Under the pieces are notes generated by a model. That model saw only the letters and a list, made by a program, of their open reading frames with translations. It was not told the DNA's origin and did not search any database. From positions 416,001 to 480,000 of the forward strand of contig CBDFLJ010000001.1 of assembly GCA_965248835.1 (NCBI GenBank): 64,000 nucleotides of DNA, in the 5' to 3' direction. Shown piece after piece: positions 11,421 through 24,424 of the stretch. Position numbers and translations under genes: made by a program. Position 1 is the stretch's first letter; every line of letters begins with the position of its first letter. Source of the DNA: Alphaproteobacteria bacterium (GTDB lineage: Bacteria; Pseudomonadota; Alphaproteobacteria; MPNO01).

Positions 11421-12730
11421 TAGCGATTCGACCGCATCGCGCCGTCCCAGCAACGCATGAAGCTGAACTGGGCAACCTCGGTGTTGGCCGGCCGGAAAGC
11501 ACGGCCGGGCCATTTGTGATCGGACTCCGGGTTGTCCTGGAAGAGCAGGCTGGTTTGGAAGCTGTAGGGGTAGCGCCGGGCGATCGGGTTGTTGCTGGCT
11601 TGGGTCGCGGAGGCCCAGATTTCCAGGTCGTCCTGCTCGAAGACCCCGGCGGCGCCGAAATTGTGGAACCCGTGCTTGAGCGCGCGGTCCTTGTAGCCGT
11701 CATCGGCCTCGGCTTCGGCGAGCACCCAGCTCAGCACCTCCATCTCGGTCGCGCTCACCGGCTGCCACAGCCGGATGATCAGCGCCTTCTCGCCGAGCGC
11801 CACCTGGGTCTCGATGAACGAGAAATTGGGGAAGACCGTGCCGACGCAGACGCGCAGGTGGTGGAGCATCGAGAGCTGGTCGGCCCCCAGCGCATCGGGG
11901 TAGTACGGCATCAGCGCCGGGGCGTGGGTGAGGTAGTTGCCCTCCGGCATGCCGGGCGCGAGGTAGGTCAGCGTGCAACCATGGCCCTGGTCGGTCACCA
12001 CCTGGTAGCTGTCTCCGCTGGCGTTGTAGAAGCCCTCCTTGGCCGAGCGCACCTTGTCGAGCTCGATCGGCCCGGCGTGGGTGGAGCGCACGTGCTGGCT
12101 GTCGCCGATGAAGTTGAGCGAGCCGATCTTCCAGTTCGCTCCGACCCGCCAGCGATGGGGCGGCGCCAGCACCTCCATGCCGCGCGGGGTGCGCCAGAAG
12201 AAGGCATCGAGATACCAGGCAATGTCACCGAGGAAGTCCGCCAGATCGACCACGTCCTCGTTCCACGACCCGAAGACCAGCCCACGGAAGGTCTCCACCC
12301 TGGGAGCCGGGATCAGCCCCCAGTCGGCGAGGTCGGTGCCCGGTGGCAGATGCTGGTCGTAGGTCGTGGTAATCAGCCGGCCGTCGCGCGCGTAGCTCCA
12401 GCCGTGATAGGGGCAAACGAAGCTGCGCGTGCTGCCCGAATCGGCGCGGCACAGCCGGGTGCCGCGGTGCCGGCAGCTATTGAGCAGGACCCGGATCCCG
12501 CCGTCGGAATCGCGCACCACGATGACCTGGGCGCTGCCCAGTTTGCGAACGACATAGTCGCCGGCTTCGGGGATCTCGCTCTGGTGGGCAAGGAACACCC
12601 AGGTGCGGTCGAAGATCCGTTCGACCTCCAGCCGGTAAACCTCCTCGCTAACGAAAGCATCCCGGCTGACGATGCCCCGGGCGGCATCGACCCAACCCTG
12701 GCCGAGCCCATTCGATGCGTTGCCGTCCAT
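11420..12730 (-). CDS. Rieske ring-hydroxylating dioxygenase alpha subunit
   Basis: Rieske CRHRG...CPYHGW, NWK, NFIGDSQH...TH Fe ligands, FEQDD; start ATG 12730 or TTG 12784. Confidence 0.95.
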   Translation of the reverse strand: MDGNASNGLGQGWVDAARGIVSRDAFVSEEVYRLEVERIFDRTWVFLAHQSEIPEAGDYVVRKLGSAQVIVVRDSDGGIRVLLNSCRHRGTRLCRADSGSTRSFVCPYHGWSYARDGRLITTTYDQHLPPGTDLADWGLIPAPRVETFRGLVFGSWNEDVVDLADFLGDIAWYLDAFFWRTPRGMEVLAPPHRWRVGANWKIGSLNFIGDSQHVRSTHAGPIELDKVRSAKEGFYNASGDSYQVVTDQGHGCTLTYLAPGMPEGNYLTHAPALMPYYPDALGADQLSMLHHLRVCVGTVFPNFSFIETQVALGEKALIIRLWQPVSATEMEVLSWVLAEAEADDGYKDRALKHGFHNFGAAGVFEQDDLEIWASATQASNNPIARRYPYSFQTSLLFQDNPESDHKWPGRAFRPANTEVAQFSFMRCWDGAMRSNR

Positions 12731-12816
12731 GGCGAGTCCCGCCGTTGCCGGTCCGATCGGCTCCGATCTTACGGGCTTGCGCAACCGCTGGCCAGCGCCT
12801 GGGCCACTCGGTGCTA

Positions 12817-12840
12817 TGCGGGTGCGGGTGCGGGTGCGGG
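12817..12840 (+). repeat. (TGCGGG)4 tandem hexamer repeat
   Basis: four exact copies between the grxD stop and the dioxygenase start. Confidence 0.9.
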
Positions 12841-12850
12841 TTCGGAAGGT

Positions 12851-13198
12851 CTATTCGGGGTTGGCGAGCTGGATGTTGATGCCGCGGGTGCTGAACAGCT
12901 CCATCAGTTCGCCGGTGCCGTACATCTCGCGCACGATGTCGCAGCCGCCGACGAACTCGCCCTTGACGTAGAGCTGCGGAACGGTCGGCCAGTTGGAGAA
13001 GGCCTTGATCCCCTCGCGCAGCTCGGGGTCCTGCAGCACGTCGATGCCGCGAAAGGCCACGCCCAAATTGCTGAGCGCCTGGACCACGGTCGCCGAGAAG
13101 CCGCATTGCGGGAAGACCGGCGTCCCCTTCATGAACACGACGACGTCGCTGTCGGTGATGTCCTCGCGGATACGGTTGAAAACGGTGGGCTCGCTCAT
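12851..13198 (-). CDS. grxD: monothiol glutaredoxin Grx4
   Basis: FMKGTP.FPQCGFS, WPTVPQLYVKGEFVGGCDI. Confidence 0.97.
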   Translation of the reverse strand: MSEPTVFNRIREDITDSDVVVFMKGTPVFPQCGFSATVVQALSNLGVAFRGIDVLQDPELREGIKAFSNWPTVPQLYVKGEFVGGCDIVREMYGTGELMELFSTRGINIQLANPE

Positions 13199-13225
13199 CG
13201 GTGGCTCCTTCGCGAAACGTGCGGC

Positions 13226-13465
13226 TCAGCTGTCCTCTGGGGTCGTGGTCTGCAGGGCCAGCGCGTGAAGCTCGCCGCCCATGCGGCCCTGAAGCGCCTG
13301 GTAGACCATCTGGTGCTGCTGGACGCGGGTCTTGCCCTTGAAGGCGGTCGAGACGACGTGCGCGGCATAGTGGTCGCCGTCGCCGGCCAGATCCTGGATG
13401 CTGACCTGCGCATCGGGCAGGCTGTCCCTGATCAGGCGCTCGATCTCCCCCGGGTCCATGGGCAT
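13226..13465 (-). CDS. bolA: BolA family protein
   Basis: GDGDHY, F.GKTRVQQHQMVY, LHALALQT; next to grxD. Confidence 0.95.
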   Translation of the reverse strand: MPMDPGEIERLIRDSLPDAQVSIQDLAGDGDHYAAHVVSTAFKGKTRVQQHQMVYQALQGRMGGELHALALQTTTPEDS

Positions 13466-13498
13466 CGCGGCTGTCCTTGTCCTTCACCCCGGCTCGCA

Positions 13499-15672
<2,174 letters not shown>

Positions 15673-15688
<16 letters not shown>

Positions 15689-16428
15689 GGCCCGCCCCTC
15701 CGGCGCAGCCTGATCGGCTCGCGGATCCGGGCGCCCGGCTGGCGGTCCCACAGCGGCACGTGAGCGTGGCGAAAAAACGGGATCAGCAGGGCGCCGGCGG
15801 CGAACCCGCCGATATGGGCCCACCAAGCAACCCCGGCCCCGCCGCCGGGATCGAGAAAGGCATTCAGCAGATCGAGTCCGATCCAGCTTCCCAGCACGAT
15901 CACGGTCGGCAGGCGGATCGGGATGACCGAGAACAGCAGGCCCCAGATCCCGACCCGGGGGTGGAGGACGAGATAGGCGCCGAGCACGCCGGAGATCGCC
16001 CCGCTGGCGCCGATGGTCGGGATTTCGGAGACTGGCGCGCTCCAGGCATGGGCAAGCCCCGCAACGGTCCCGCACAGCAGATAGAAGACGATGAACCGCC
16101 GGTGGCCCATCGCGTCCTCGACATTGTCGCCGAACACCCACAGGAACATCATGTTGCCGATCAGGTGCAGCCAGCCGCCGTGCAGGAACAGGCTGGTCAG
16201 CAGCGTCGCCTCGGCCGGCAGCGCCGCAAGGCTGGGCGGAAGCCTGGCGTTGCCCCACAAGACGCTCGGCACGACCCCGAAGCGGTAGACCGCGGCATTG
16301 CCGGCATCGGACGGCAAGGCCGCCTGCCAGAAGAAAACCAGCACGCAGGCCGCAATCAGCGCCAGCGTGACGTAGTGATAGCGAATCCAGGTCCGCGGGT
16401 TGTCGTCGCTGAAGGGGACGAAGACCAC
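15673..16428 (-). CDS. rhomboid family intramembrane serine protease
   Basis: [27 protein letters not shown] catalytic Ser, AWWAHIGGF catalytic His. Confidence 0.93.
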
Positions 16429-16434
16429 GCCGGT

Positions 16435-17109
16435 TCAGCCCGACAGCGCCCGGGCCAGCCCCTCGAACAGCGGTGCCCCGTCGGTGCCGCCAAGCGCCAA
16501 GTCCACGGCGCGCTCGGGATGGGGCATCATCCCCAGCACGCGGCCGGACGGATCGAGGATGCCGGCGATATCGGCCATCGAGCCGTTCGGATTGTCGCCG
16601 CCGGGCCCATAGCGAAAGACGATGAGCCCCTCGCCTTCGAGCCGTGCCAGAGTTTCGTCATCGGCGACATAGTTGCCCTCGTTGTGAGCGATCGGCAACC
16701 GGATCGGCGCGCGGGCCGCATAGAGTGCGGTGAAGATCGTATCGTTGCGTTCGACGCGCAGCCCGACGTCGCGGCAGACGAACCGCAGGCCCGCATTGCG
16801 CATCAGCGCGCCGGGCAGCAGCCCCGCCTCGGTCAGCACCTGGAAGCCGTTGCAGATGCCGAGCACGGCGACGCCGGCCCGCGCCTTTTCCGCGACGGCG
16901 CGCATCACCGGCGAATGGGCCGCCATCGCGCCGGCCCGCAGATAGTCGCCATAGGCGAACCCGCCCGGCACCACGATCAGGTCCACATCGGGCAGCGCGG
17001 TCTCGCCATGCCAGACCATCCTCGGCGCCCGCCCCGCCGCCATCCGCAAGGCCACCGCCGCATCGCGGTCGCAGTTCGACCCGGGAAAGACGATGACGGC
17101 GGATCTCAT
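16435..17109 (-). CDS. purQ: FGAM synthase glutaminase subunit
   Basis: [40 protein letters not shown]. Confidence 0.98.
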   Translation of the reverse strand: MRSAVIVFPGSNCDRDAAVALRMAAGRAPRMVWHGETALPDVDLIVVPGGFAYGDYLRAGAMAAHSPVMRAVAEKARAGVAVLGICNGFQVLTEAGLLPGALMRNAGLRFVCRDVGLRVERNDTIFTALYAARAPIRLPIAHNEGNYVADDETLARLEGEGLIVFRYGPGGDNPNGSMADIAGILDPSGRVLGMMPHPERAVDLALGGTDGAPLFEGLARALSG

Positions 17110-17348
17110 GAATCGATGGTGATCGCGTAGTCCTCGATGACGGTGTTGGCGAGCAGGCGCTCGCACATCCGGCTCAGGGCGTCGCGAGCCCGGGTGGAGT
17201 CGGTCTCGGCGAGGTCGATGTCGAGCACCTTGCCCTGGCGGACCGCGCCGATGCCTGCGAAGCCGAGCGCGGCCAGCGCCTGGGCGACAGCCTTGCCTTG
17301 CGGGTCGAGCACGCCCGGTTTGAGGGTGATGTGGACCCGAGCCTTCAC
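17106..17348 (-). CDS. purS: FGAM synthase subunit PurS
   Basis: GTG start, [32 protein letters not shown]. Confidence 0.96.
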   Translation of the reverse strand: MKARVHITLKPGVLDPQGKAVAQALAALGFAGIGAVRQGKVLDIDLAETDSTRARDALSRMCERLLANTVIEDYAITIDS

Positions 17349-17373
17349 CCGGGTGTCACGGCGGCGGTCGCGG

Positions 17374-18138
17374 TCATTGCATGACCGCCGGGCCCTTGAG
17401 GTCGCCGGGCCCACCCTCGAGCAGGATGCCCAGACGGCGGGCGACTTCCTGGTACGCCTCCTCGACCCGGCCGAGATCGCGGCGGAAGCGGTCCTTGTCC
17501 ATGCGCTCGTTGGTCTTGATGTCCCACAGGCGACAGTTGTCGGGGCTGATCTCGTCGGCAAGCACGATTCGCATGTCCTCGTCGTTCCACAGCCTGCCGT
17601 ATTCGAGCTTGAAGTCGACCAGGCGGATGCCGACGGCGACCAGCAGGCCGGTCAGGAAATCGTTGACCCTGAGCGACATGTGCATGATCTCGTCGAGCTC
17701 TTGCGGCGAGGACCAGCCGAAGGCGGTGATGTGCTCCTCGGCGACCAGCGGATCGCCGAGGTCGTCGGACTTATAGTAGTACTCCACGATCGAGCGCGGC
17801 AGCGGCGTGCCCTCTGCTATGCCGAAGCGCTCGGCGATCGAGCCGGCGGCGACGTTGCGCACCACCACCTCGACCGGGATGATCTCGACCTCGCGGATCA
17901 ACTGCTCGCGCATGTTCAGGCGGCGCACGAAATGGGTCGGAATCCCGATTTCGGCGAGCTTGACCATCAGGAACTCGGAGATCCGGTTGTTCAGCACGCC
18001 CTTGCCGGTGATCGTGCCCTGTTTGGCGTTGTTGAACGCGGTCGCGTCGTCCTTGAAGTACTGCACCAGGGTGCCGGGCTCGGGCCCTTCGAAAAGGACC
18101 TTGGCCTTGCCCTCGTAAATCCGTCTGCGGCGGGCCAT
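17374..18138 (-). CDS. purC: SAICAR synthetase
   Basis: [47 protein letters not shown]. Confidence 0.98.
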   Translation of the reverse strand: MARRRRIYEGKAKVLFEGPEPGTLVQYFKDDATAFNNAKQGTITGKGVLNNRISEFLMVKLAEIGIPTHFVRRLNMREQLIREVEIIPVEVVVRNVAAGSIAERFGIAEGTPLPRSIVEYYYKSDDLGDPLVAEEHITAFGWSSPQELDEIMHMSLRVNDFLTGLLVAVGIRLVDFKLEYGRLWNDEDMRIVLADEISPDNCRLWDIKTNERMDKDRFRRDLGRVEEAYQEVARRLGILLEGGPGDLKGPAVMQ

Positions 18139-18198
18139 CGTGTACGTCTTTAAGACACCGGGAAAGGCGTGCGGCGCGGCGATCGGCGCGGCTGCCTT

Positions 18199-18227
18199 CG
18201 TATATCAACTAGATCCTTTCCGAACAA
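18199..18227 (-). promoter_or_regulatory. candidate sigma70 promoter of the purC operon
   Basis: minus strand TTGTTC-17 bp-TATACG in an AT-richer patch ~60 bp upstream of purC. Confidence 0.35.
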
Positions 18228-18263
18228 TGGCAAGGCACGCGCGCCCGGGACGATAATGCTCAT

Positions 18264-19025
18264 TCAAATTTCAACCGGCCGGTGCGGCCTCTCGCCCGGC
18301 CGGCCGGCGCAGAACAGCCAGAGCGGACGGACGGGCGGACGGTCTGCCGCCGGCAGTGCGATCAGCGAGCTCGACAGGGTGCCGAACGGCGTTTCGGTGA
18401 CCACCGTCATTGCCTCGCCCGGGCCGGCGCCGGGCAGGCTGTCGCGTGAGGCGAGGAGCGCGATCCAGGCCGACCAGTCCCCGGCCTCGGGATCGGGCGC
18501 CGGCGCAGCGGCAAAGCGCGGCCGGTGCAGCCTTATCCGCGCCGAGCCCTCGGCATCGTCGAGATCGAAGGCGCTCAGCATGCCCAGCCCGTCGGCAAGC
18601 GGCTGCAGGTTGATCCGCCCGTCGCCGTCCGCGCCCAACCCGCGCAGCCAGAAGGCATCGCGGTTATCGGCGATGACCATGTTGAAGCTGCGGTAGCTGC
18701 GTGCATCGATCGCCGCCAGCGCGCGGGCTGCCTCGTGCGCATCGGCGTGGTCGAGCGCTTCGAGCACCAGCTCGCCGCGGCTGCGCAGGATCGGGTCAGG
18801 CCCGAGCGATTCGCGCCGGTTGAGGATGCCCGCCGCCACGCCCCAATCGTTGAGCCCGAGCCAGGTGCCGCCCGCGAGCTCGTCCATCCCGGCTACGACA
18901 TCCGGCCGGGCGGGCCAGTGCCGGGCGGGTGGGCGCCACGGCCGGTCGGCCATCTCGTCGCGGTTGGACGCCAGCAGAACCGGCCAGGGATGACCCGGCC
19001 GGCGCAGTATGATCAGGGTGCACAT
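18264..19025 (-). CDS. NRDE/TANGO2 family protein
   Basis: MCT N-terminus, ASNRDE, D..AGGTWLG.N, SRGELV, FNMVIAD, FGTLSSS. Confidence 0.9.
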   Translation of the reverse strand: MCTLIILRRPGHPWPVLLASNRDEMADRPWRPPARHWPARPDVVAGMDELAGGTWLGLNDWGVAAGILNRRESLGPDPILRSRGELVLEALDHADAHEAARALAAIDARSYRSFNMVIADNRDAFWLRGLGADGDGRINLQPLADGLGMLSAFDLDDAEGSARIRLHRPRFAAAPAPDPEAGDWSAWIALLASRDSLPGAGPGEAMTVVTETPFGTLSSSLIALPAADRPPVRPLWLFCAGRPGERPHRPVEI

Positions 19026-19135
19026 CCTATCCCGTCCGGCCGATAAGTCGTTGCAGCCGGACCGGCGCGGCTGTATTTGGCAGGGTGAGCCCGACATGGT
19101 GGGCTGGACCGGCAGGCCAGGGGAGAGACACGCGC

Positions 19136-19453
19136 ATGACGACCTTCAATGATCGCGAAAAGGGCTTCGAAGCCAAGTACAAGCACGACCAGGAGACCCA
19201 GTTCAAGGTCACCGCCCGGCGCAACAAGCTGCTCGGGCTATGGGCCGCGGAAAAGCTCGGCCTCTCGGGCGATGCCGCGGAGGCCTATGCGAAGGAGGTC
19301 GTGGTCTCGGACTTCGACGAGCCGGGCGAGGAGGATGTCTTCCGCAAGGTCCAGGGCGACCTCGACGGCAAGGGCGTCTCGGAGAAGGACATCCGCTACC
19401 AGATGGAGCGGCTGGTCGCCGTCGCCCACGAGCAGGTCGCCAGGAAAGACTGA
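19136..19453 (+). CDS. DUF1476 family, F1Fo ATPase inhibitor zeta subunit
   Basis: MTTFNDREKGFEAKY.HD, ARRNKLLGLWAA, DFDEPG.EDV.RKV; usual position between purB and purC. Confidence 0.92.
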   Translation: MTTFNDREKGFEAKYKHDQETQFKVTARRNKLLGLWAAEKLGLSGDAAEAYAKEVVVSDFDEPGEEDVFRKVQGDLDGKGVSEKDIRYQMERLVAVAHEQVARKD

Positions 19454-19485
19454 GACGGGCGGTTGGCGTCTGGTCCGGACAAGCG

Positions 19486-20787
<1,302 letters not shown>

Positions 20788-20839
20788 TACGCCCAGTCTA
20801 GCAGAATCACCGGGCCGAGGTCACGGTGTCGGGTTGGGC

Positions 20840-21742
20840 TCACCTTGCGGCGGCGATCATCGCACGCAGGTCCGGAGCGAGGGCGCGCGCGATCAGACGG
20901 GCGAGAGCCGGCCAGCCCGACTCCAGGGCGGTGATCTCCTCATCGTTGGCTTGATGGAGCCGGCCGATCTCCCGGCCACTCGGATCGTCGAGCCGCCAGA
21001 CCAGGCTGAGCCGGCGGCGCGCGCCGACCGGCGGGCCGAGTGTGATTGTGCCGTTCAGGAGCAGGTTCCCGGCCGTCCGACGGCGGGCCAGCCGCAGACC
21101 GCGGTCGGGCAGCACCGCGCCGAGCGCCCGGCGCAGCACCGCGCCGTCGAGGCTTGCCGGGGTCCGAAGGGTTTGAAGGAAAACGGCGCGTGCGCCTTGT
21201 GCCCGCGGCGGCGGCAACGAATCCTCGCCTCGGATCAGGGCAGCGATCCCGTCGGCTGCCGATCCGGCGAGCGCCTTGACCATAGCCGGTTCCCCCGACC
21301 GCCATGCCCGGACGGATGGCCGGGCCTTGACCCGGTGACGGCCGAGCGGCCGGGCCTGGGGATCGACAAGGTACCAGACGGCCTCGACATCGAGCCGTCC
21401 GCTCGCGGACGGCACCGCCTCCGCCTCGCCGTAGACGAACAGGCTGCGCCGGTTGCCGACAGAAAAGGCAGCGGGGATATTGCGCTCCAGCAGCGCCTCG
21501 ATCAGCGCGAACGTCACCGCCCGCGACGTCGGCTCCGGCGCGCCGGCGAGGTCGAGCACCGCAACGCCCGACCCATCCTTGACGTAGATCAGCGGATTGG
21601 CGGCGGCCGTATCCGAAGAAGGCGCGAAGGGGCGGGGAAGCGGTTGGCACGCGGCGAGGACCGCAACGATCAGCAACCAGGCGAGCGGGCCGGACCTAGA
21701 GCGCACAGGTCGCCAACAGGCCCAGGACCAGGAGGCACGCAA
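20840..21742 (-). CDS. putative lipoprotein
   Basis: hydrophobic stretch ending in lipobox LAAC then QPLPRPF; follows pgeF; start uncertain. Confidence 0.6.
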   Translation of the reverse strand: MRASWSWACWRPVRSRSGPLAWLLIVAVLAACQPLPRPFAPSSDTAAANPLIYVKDGSGVAVLDLAGAPEPTSRAVTFALIEALLERNIPAAFSVGNRRSLFVYGEAEAVPSASGRLDVEAVWYLVDPQARPLGRHRVKARPSVRAWRSGEPAMVKALAGSAADGIAALIRGEDSLPPPRAQGARAVFLQTLRTPASLDGAVLRRALGAVLPDRGLRLARRRTAGNLLLNGTITLGPPVGARRRLSLVWRLDDPSGREIGRLHQANDEEITALESGWPALARLIARALAPDLRAMIAAAR

Positions 21743-21767
21743 AGATGATCAGGTGCGGCACGACCCC

Positions 21768-22529
21768 TCACGGCGCAAGGACGATGCTCGACAAGGCCCG
21801 ACCATAATCCGTTTCGCCTTCGATGCACGACCGCCGGTAGCTGAAAAACCGTGCCGAATCGGCGCAGGTATCGGCGCCGGTCACCGAGACGGCGGCCAGC
21901 CCCAGCGCTTCCAGCCTGCTTGCGACATAGCCTTCCAGGTCGAAATGCGGCCGGCCGGCTTCATCGGGGGCAGAGAACCATATCCGGTTTTCGGCATCCT
22001 CTGCCTCGAACGACGCGGCGAAGTCCGGGCCGATCTCATAGGATGCCTGGCCGATGCACGGCCCCACGGCGGCAGCGATCCGTGCGCGCGCGGCGCCCAG
22101 CCCCTCCATCGCTTCGACCGTTGCGGCCAGCACACCCGCCAACGCGCCGCGCCAGCCGGCATGGGCCGCGCCGATGACCCCGGCGTCCAGGTCCGCGAAC
22201 AGCACCGGAGCGCAATCGGCGGTCAGAATGCCGAGCGCAATCCCGGGCACCGCGGTGACCAGTCCATCGGCCTCCGCCCGGTCCCGGTCGGGCGCCTCCA
22301 CGCGCAGTACTGTCGTCCCGTGGACCTGATAGGCGGTCCGCAACGCACCGGCCGGCAGCGCCATCGCGGCCATGGCGCGGGATCGGTTCTCCCGCACCGA
22401 AGCCGCATCGTCCCTGGAGCCCAGGCCGCAGTTGAGCGCAGCGTAGATCCCGCCGGAGACGCCCCCGGCGCGGGTGAAGAAGGCGTGCCTTACGCCTGCG
22501 CGGCGAGCGAGGATCTCGCTGTTCAGCAT
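21768..22529 (-). CDS. pgeF: PgeF/YfiH family (purine nucleoside phosphorylase, laccase-domain)
   Basis: HAFFTR.GGVS, QVHG, LTADC.PVL, AAHAGWRG, FFSYRR. Confidence 0.95.
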   Translation of the reverse strand: MLNSEILARRAGVRHAFFTRAGGVSGGIYAALNCGLGSRDDAASVRENRSRAMAAMALPAGALRTAYQVHGTTVLRVEAPDRDRAEADGLVTAVPGIALGILTADCAPVLFADLDAGVIGAAHAGWRGALAGVLAATVEAMEGLGAARARIAAAVGPCIGQASYEIGPDFAASFEAEDAENRIWFSAPDEAGRPHFDLEGYVASRLEALGLAAVSVTGADTCADSARFFSYRRSCIEGETDYGRALSSIVLAP

Positions 22530-23623
22530 GTCCGCCCGCCGGTCTCGCTGCGCTCGAACCCGGCCGGGACAGGTGTATCGGAGCCGGTCAGCGCAATCGC
22601 CTTGAACAGCAGGCCCATCTGGTCGGGGGCGACCAGGCGCCGGCAGCCCGAGCGGATGCCGGCGCGCTGCGCCGGCTTGGCCGCGGCAAGAAGCCGCTGT
22701 TGCCGTGCTTGCAGGCCGAGCCGGGTGAGGAAAACCCCCTGCGGCACCGGTCCGTGGACCGCAGCGCCGCGCGACCGGGCAGCATGGGCCAGCGCCTGGA
22801 AGTCGACATGGGCGGACAGGTCGGCCTCACCCGGCGCATCGAGGACGGCGGCGGGGCGGTGCCGCCTTACCGCCTGCAGCGTCTCGCCGGGTGCGCTCCG
22901 GCCGTGGCCGTAGTCGATGATCAGCGCAGCGCCGCTCGAACCGACGATGCGCTCGGCGATCGACGCAACGACCGCGCATGCGGCCGGGCTGGTCTCCCAC
23001 ACCGCGCCGTCGGGTGCGTCGGGGTCCACCATGTTCGGAACATGCGCCAGCGGGCCGTCGACGAAGCACAGCCGGCCGGTCCCGTGGTCGATTGCGACGC
23101 ACCGCCGATGCCAGCCGGCGCCGTGCCGGACATAGTGTTCGACCGGCAAGGCGTCGAAGAATTCATTGGCGATCAGGATCAACGGGCCTTTGGGCAGGGC
23201 GTGGAGTCCGGCGTGCCAACGCGCCCGGTTGCCGCCAAGGGCGGCGCGCTGCAGGCGTGTGAGCACCGGGCTGGTCTCGATCAGTCGGAGGTCGATCGCG
23301 GCGGCGAATTCCGGCAGCGTCGTCGACGCTGCGCGCAGGACATCGGCCATCAGCGTGCCGCGCCCCGGGCCGAGTTCGGCCAGCACCACCGGTGCCGGCG
23401 CGCCCAGGGACTGCCAGGCGACCGCACACCAGGCACCGATCAACTCGCCGAAGACCTGGCTTATCTCGGGCGCGGTGATGAAGTCGCCGTTCCGCCCCAA
23501 CGGGTCGCGGCCGCGGTAGTAGCCATGATCGGGGTCGTTGTTCGCCGCTTCGATGAACGCCGCCAGCGGCATCGGCCCCTCGCGCTCGATCCGGGCTCGG
23601 ATCACTTCTTCCAGCGGCGTCAT
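22523..23623 (-). CDS. SAM-dependent methyltransferase, NDUFAF7/MidA family
   Basis: GYY, GDFITAPEISQVFGE, ELGPGRGTLM.D, ANEFFDALP, IDYG, ADLSAHVDF. Confidence 0.93.
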   Translation of the reverse strand: MTPLEEVIRARIEREGPMPLAAFIEAANNDPDHGYYRGRDPLGRNGDFITAPEISQVFGELIGAWCAVAWQSLGAPAPVVLAELGPGRGTLMADVLRAASTTLPEFAAAIDLRLIETSPVLTRLQRAALGGNRARWHAGLHALPKGPLILIANEFFDALPVEHYVRHGAGWHRRCVAIDHGTGRLCFVDGPLAHVPNMVDPDAPDGAVWETSPAACAVVASIAERIVGSSGAALIIDYGHGRSAPGETLQAVRRHRPAAVLDAPGEADLSAHVDFQALAHAARSRGAAVHGPVPQGVFLTRLGLQARQQRLLAAAKPAQRAGIRSGCRRLVAPDQMGLLFKAIALTGSDTPVPAGFERSETGGRTC

Positions 23624-24408
23624 CGGCGGCATGCGCGGAAGATCAGGTAGAGGCCCGCAAGCAGCAGCGGCAGCGACAGAAGCTGGCCCATGGTCGTGCC
23701 AAGCACGAGGAATCCCAGATGGACGTCGGGCTGGCGGAACAGCTCGGCGAACCCGCGCGCGATCGCGTAGCCGGCGAAGAACGCCCCGCTCACCAGCCCC
23801 GGACGTTCCAGCGCCCGGCCGCGACCGGCCAGGAGCGCCAGGATCGCGAACAGCACCAGGCCCTCGAGCACCGCCTCGTAGAGCTGGCTCGGGTGACGCG
23901 CCAGCGGCCCGCCGCCGGGAAAGACCATGCCCCACGCCGCTGTGGTCGTGCGCCCGTAAAGCTCCCCGTTGATGAAATTGGCGAGCCGGCCGAGGAACAG
24001 CCCGATCGGCACTGCTGCACAAATAAGATCGCCCAGCGCCGGCCACGCGATCCTGCGCGTCCTGGCGAAGGCCACCGAGGCAAGGACCATGCCGCACACC
24101 CCACCATGGAAGGACATGCCGCCCTGCCACATGGCGAGAACCTCGCCGGGGTGATCGAGGAAGTAATCCGGCTTGTAGAACAACACGTAGCCGAGCCGGC
24201 CGCCCAGCACCACGCCAAGCGTCGCCCAGAGTACGAAATCGTCGATATCCCGCGCGGCGATCCGCGCCGGCGACCGCCTGGCCAGGACGATCATGTAGCG
24301 CCAGCCGAGCAGGATGCCCACGACATAGGCCAGCGCGTACCAGCGGATCGCCAGCGGACCGATCTCCAGGGCGACCGGGTCGATGGCTGGGAAGGCGATG
24401 GCGTACAC
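23620..24408 (-). CDS. lgt: prolipoprotein diacylglyceryl transferase
   Basis: IRWYALAY, GGRLGYVLFY, GGMSFHGG, GRLANFINGELYGR, RHPSQLYEA, TMGQLLS; GTG start 24408 inferred. Confidence 0.97.
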   Translation of the reverse strand: MYAIAFPAIDPVALEIGPLAIRWYALAYVVGILLGWRYMIVLARRSPARIAARDIDDFVLWATLGVVLGGRLGYVLFYKPDYFLDHPGEVLAMWQGGMSFHGGVCGMVLASVAFARTRRIAWPALGDLICAAVPIGLFLGRLANFINGELYGRTTTAAWGMVFPGGGPLARHPSQLYEAVLEGLVLFAILALLAGRGRALERPGLVSGAFFAGYAIARGFAELFRQPDVHLGFLVLGTTMGQLLSLPLLLAGLYLIFRACRR

Positions 24409-24424
24409 CGACCGACGCTCCGGT

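Noticed and set aside
8599-12850. Active integrative element at tRNA-Val
   Set aside because: No integrase or transposase and no duplicated tRNA 3' end (att) found by eye
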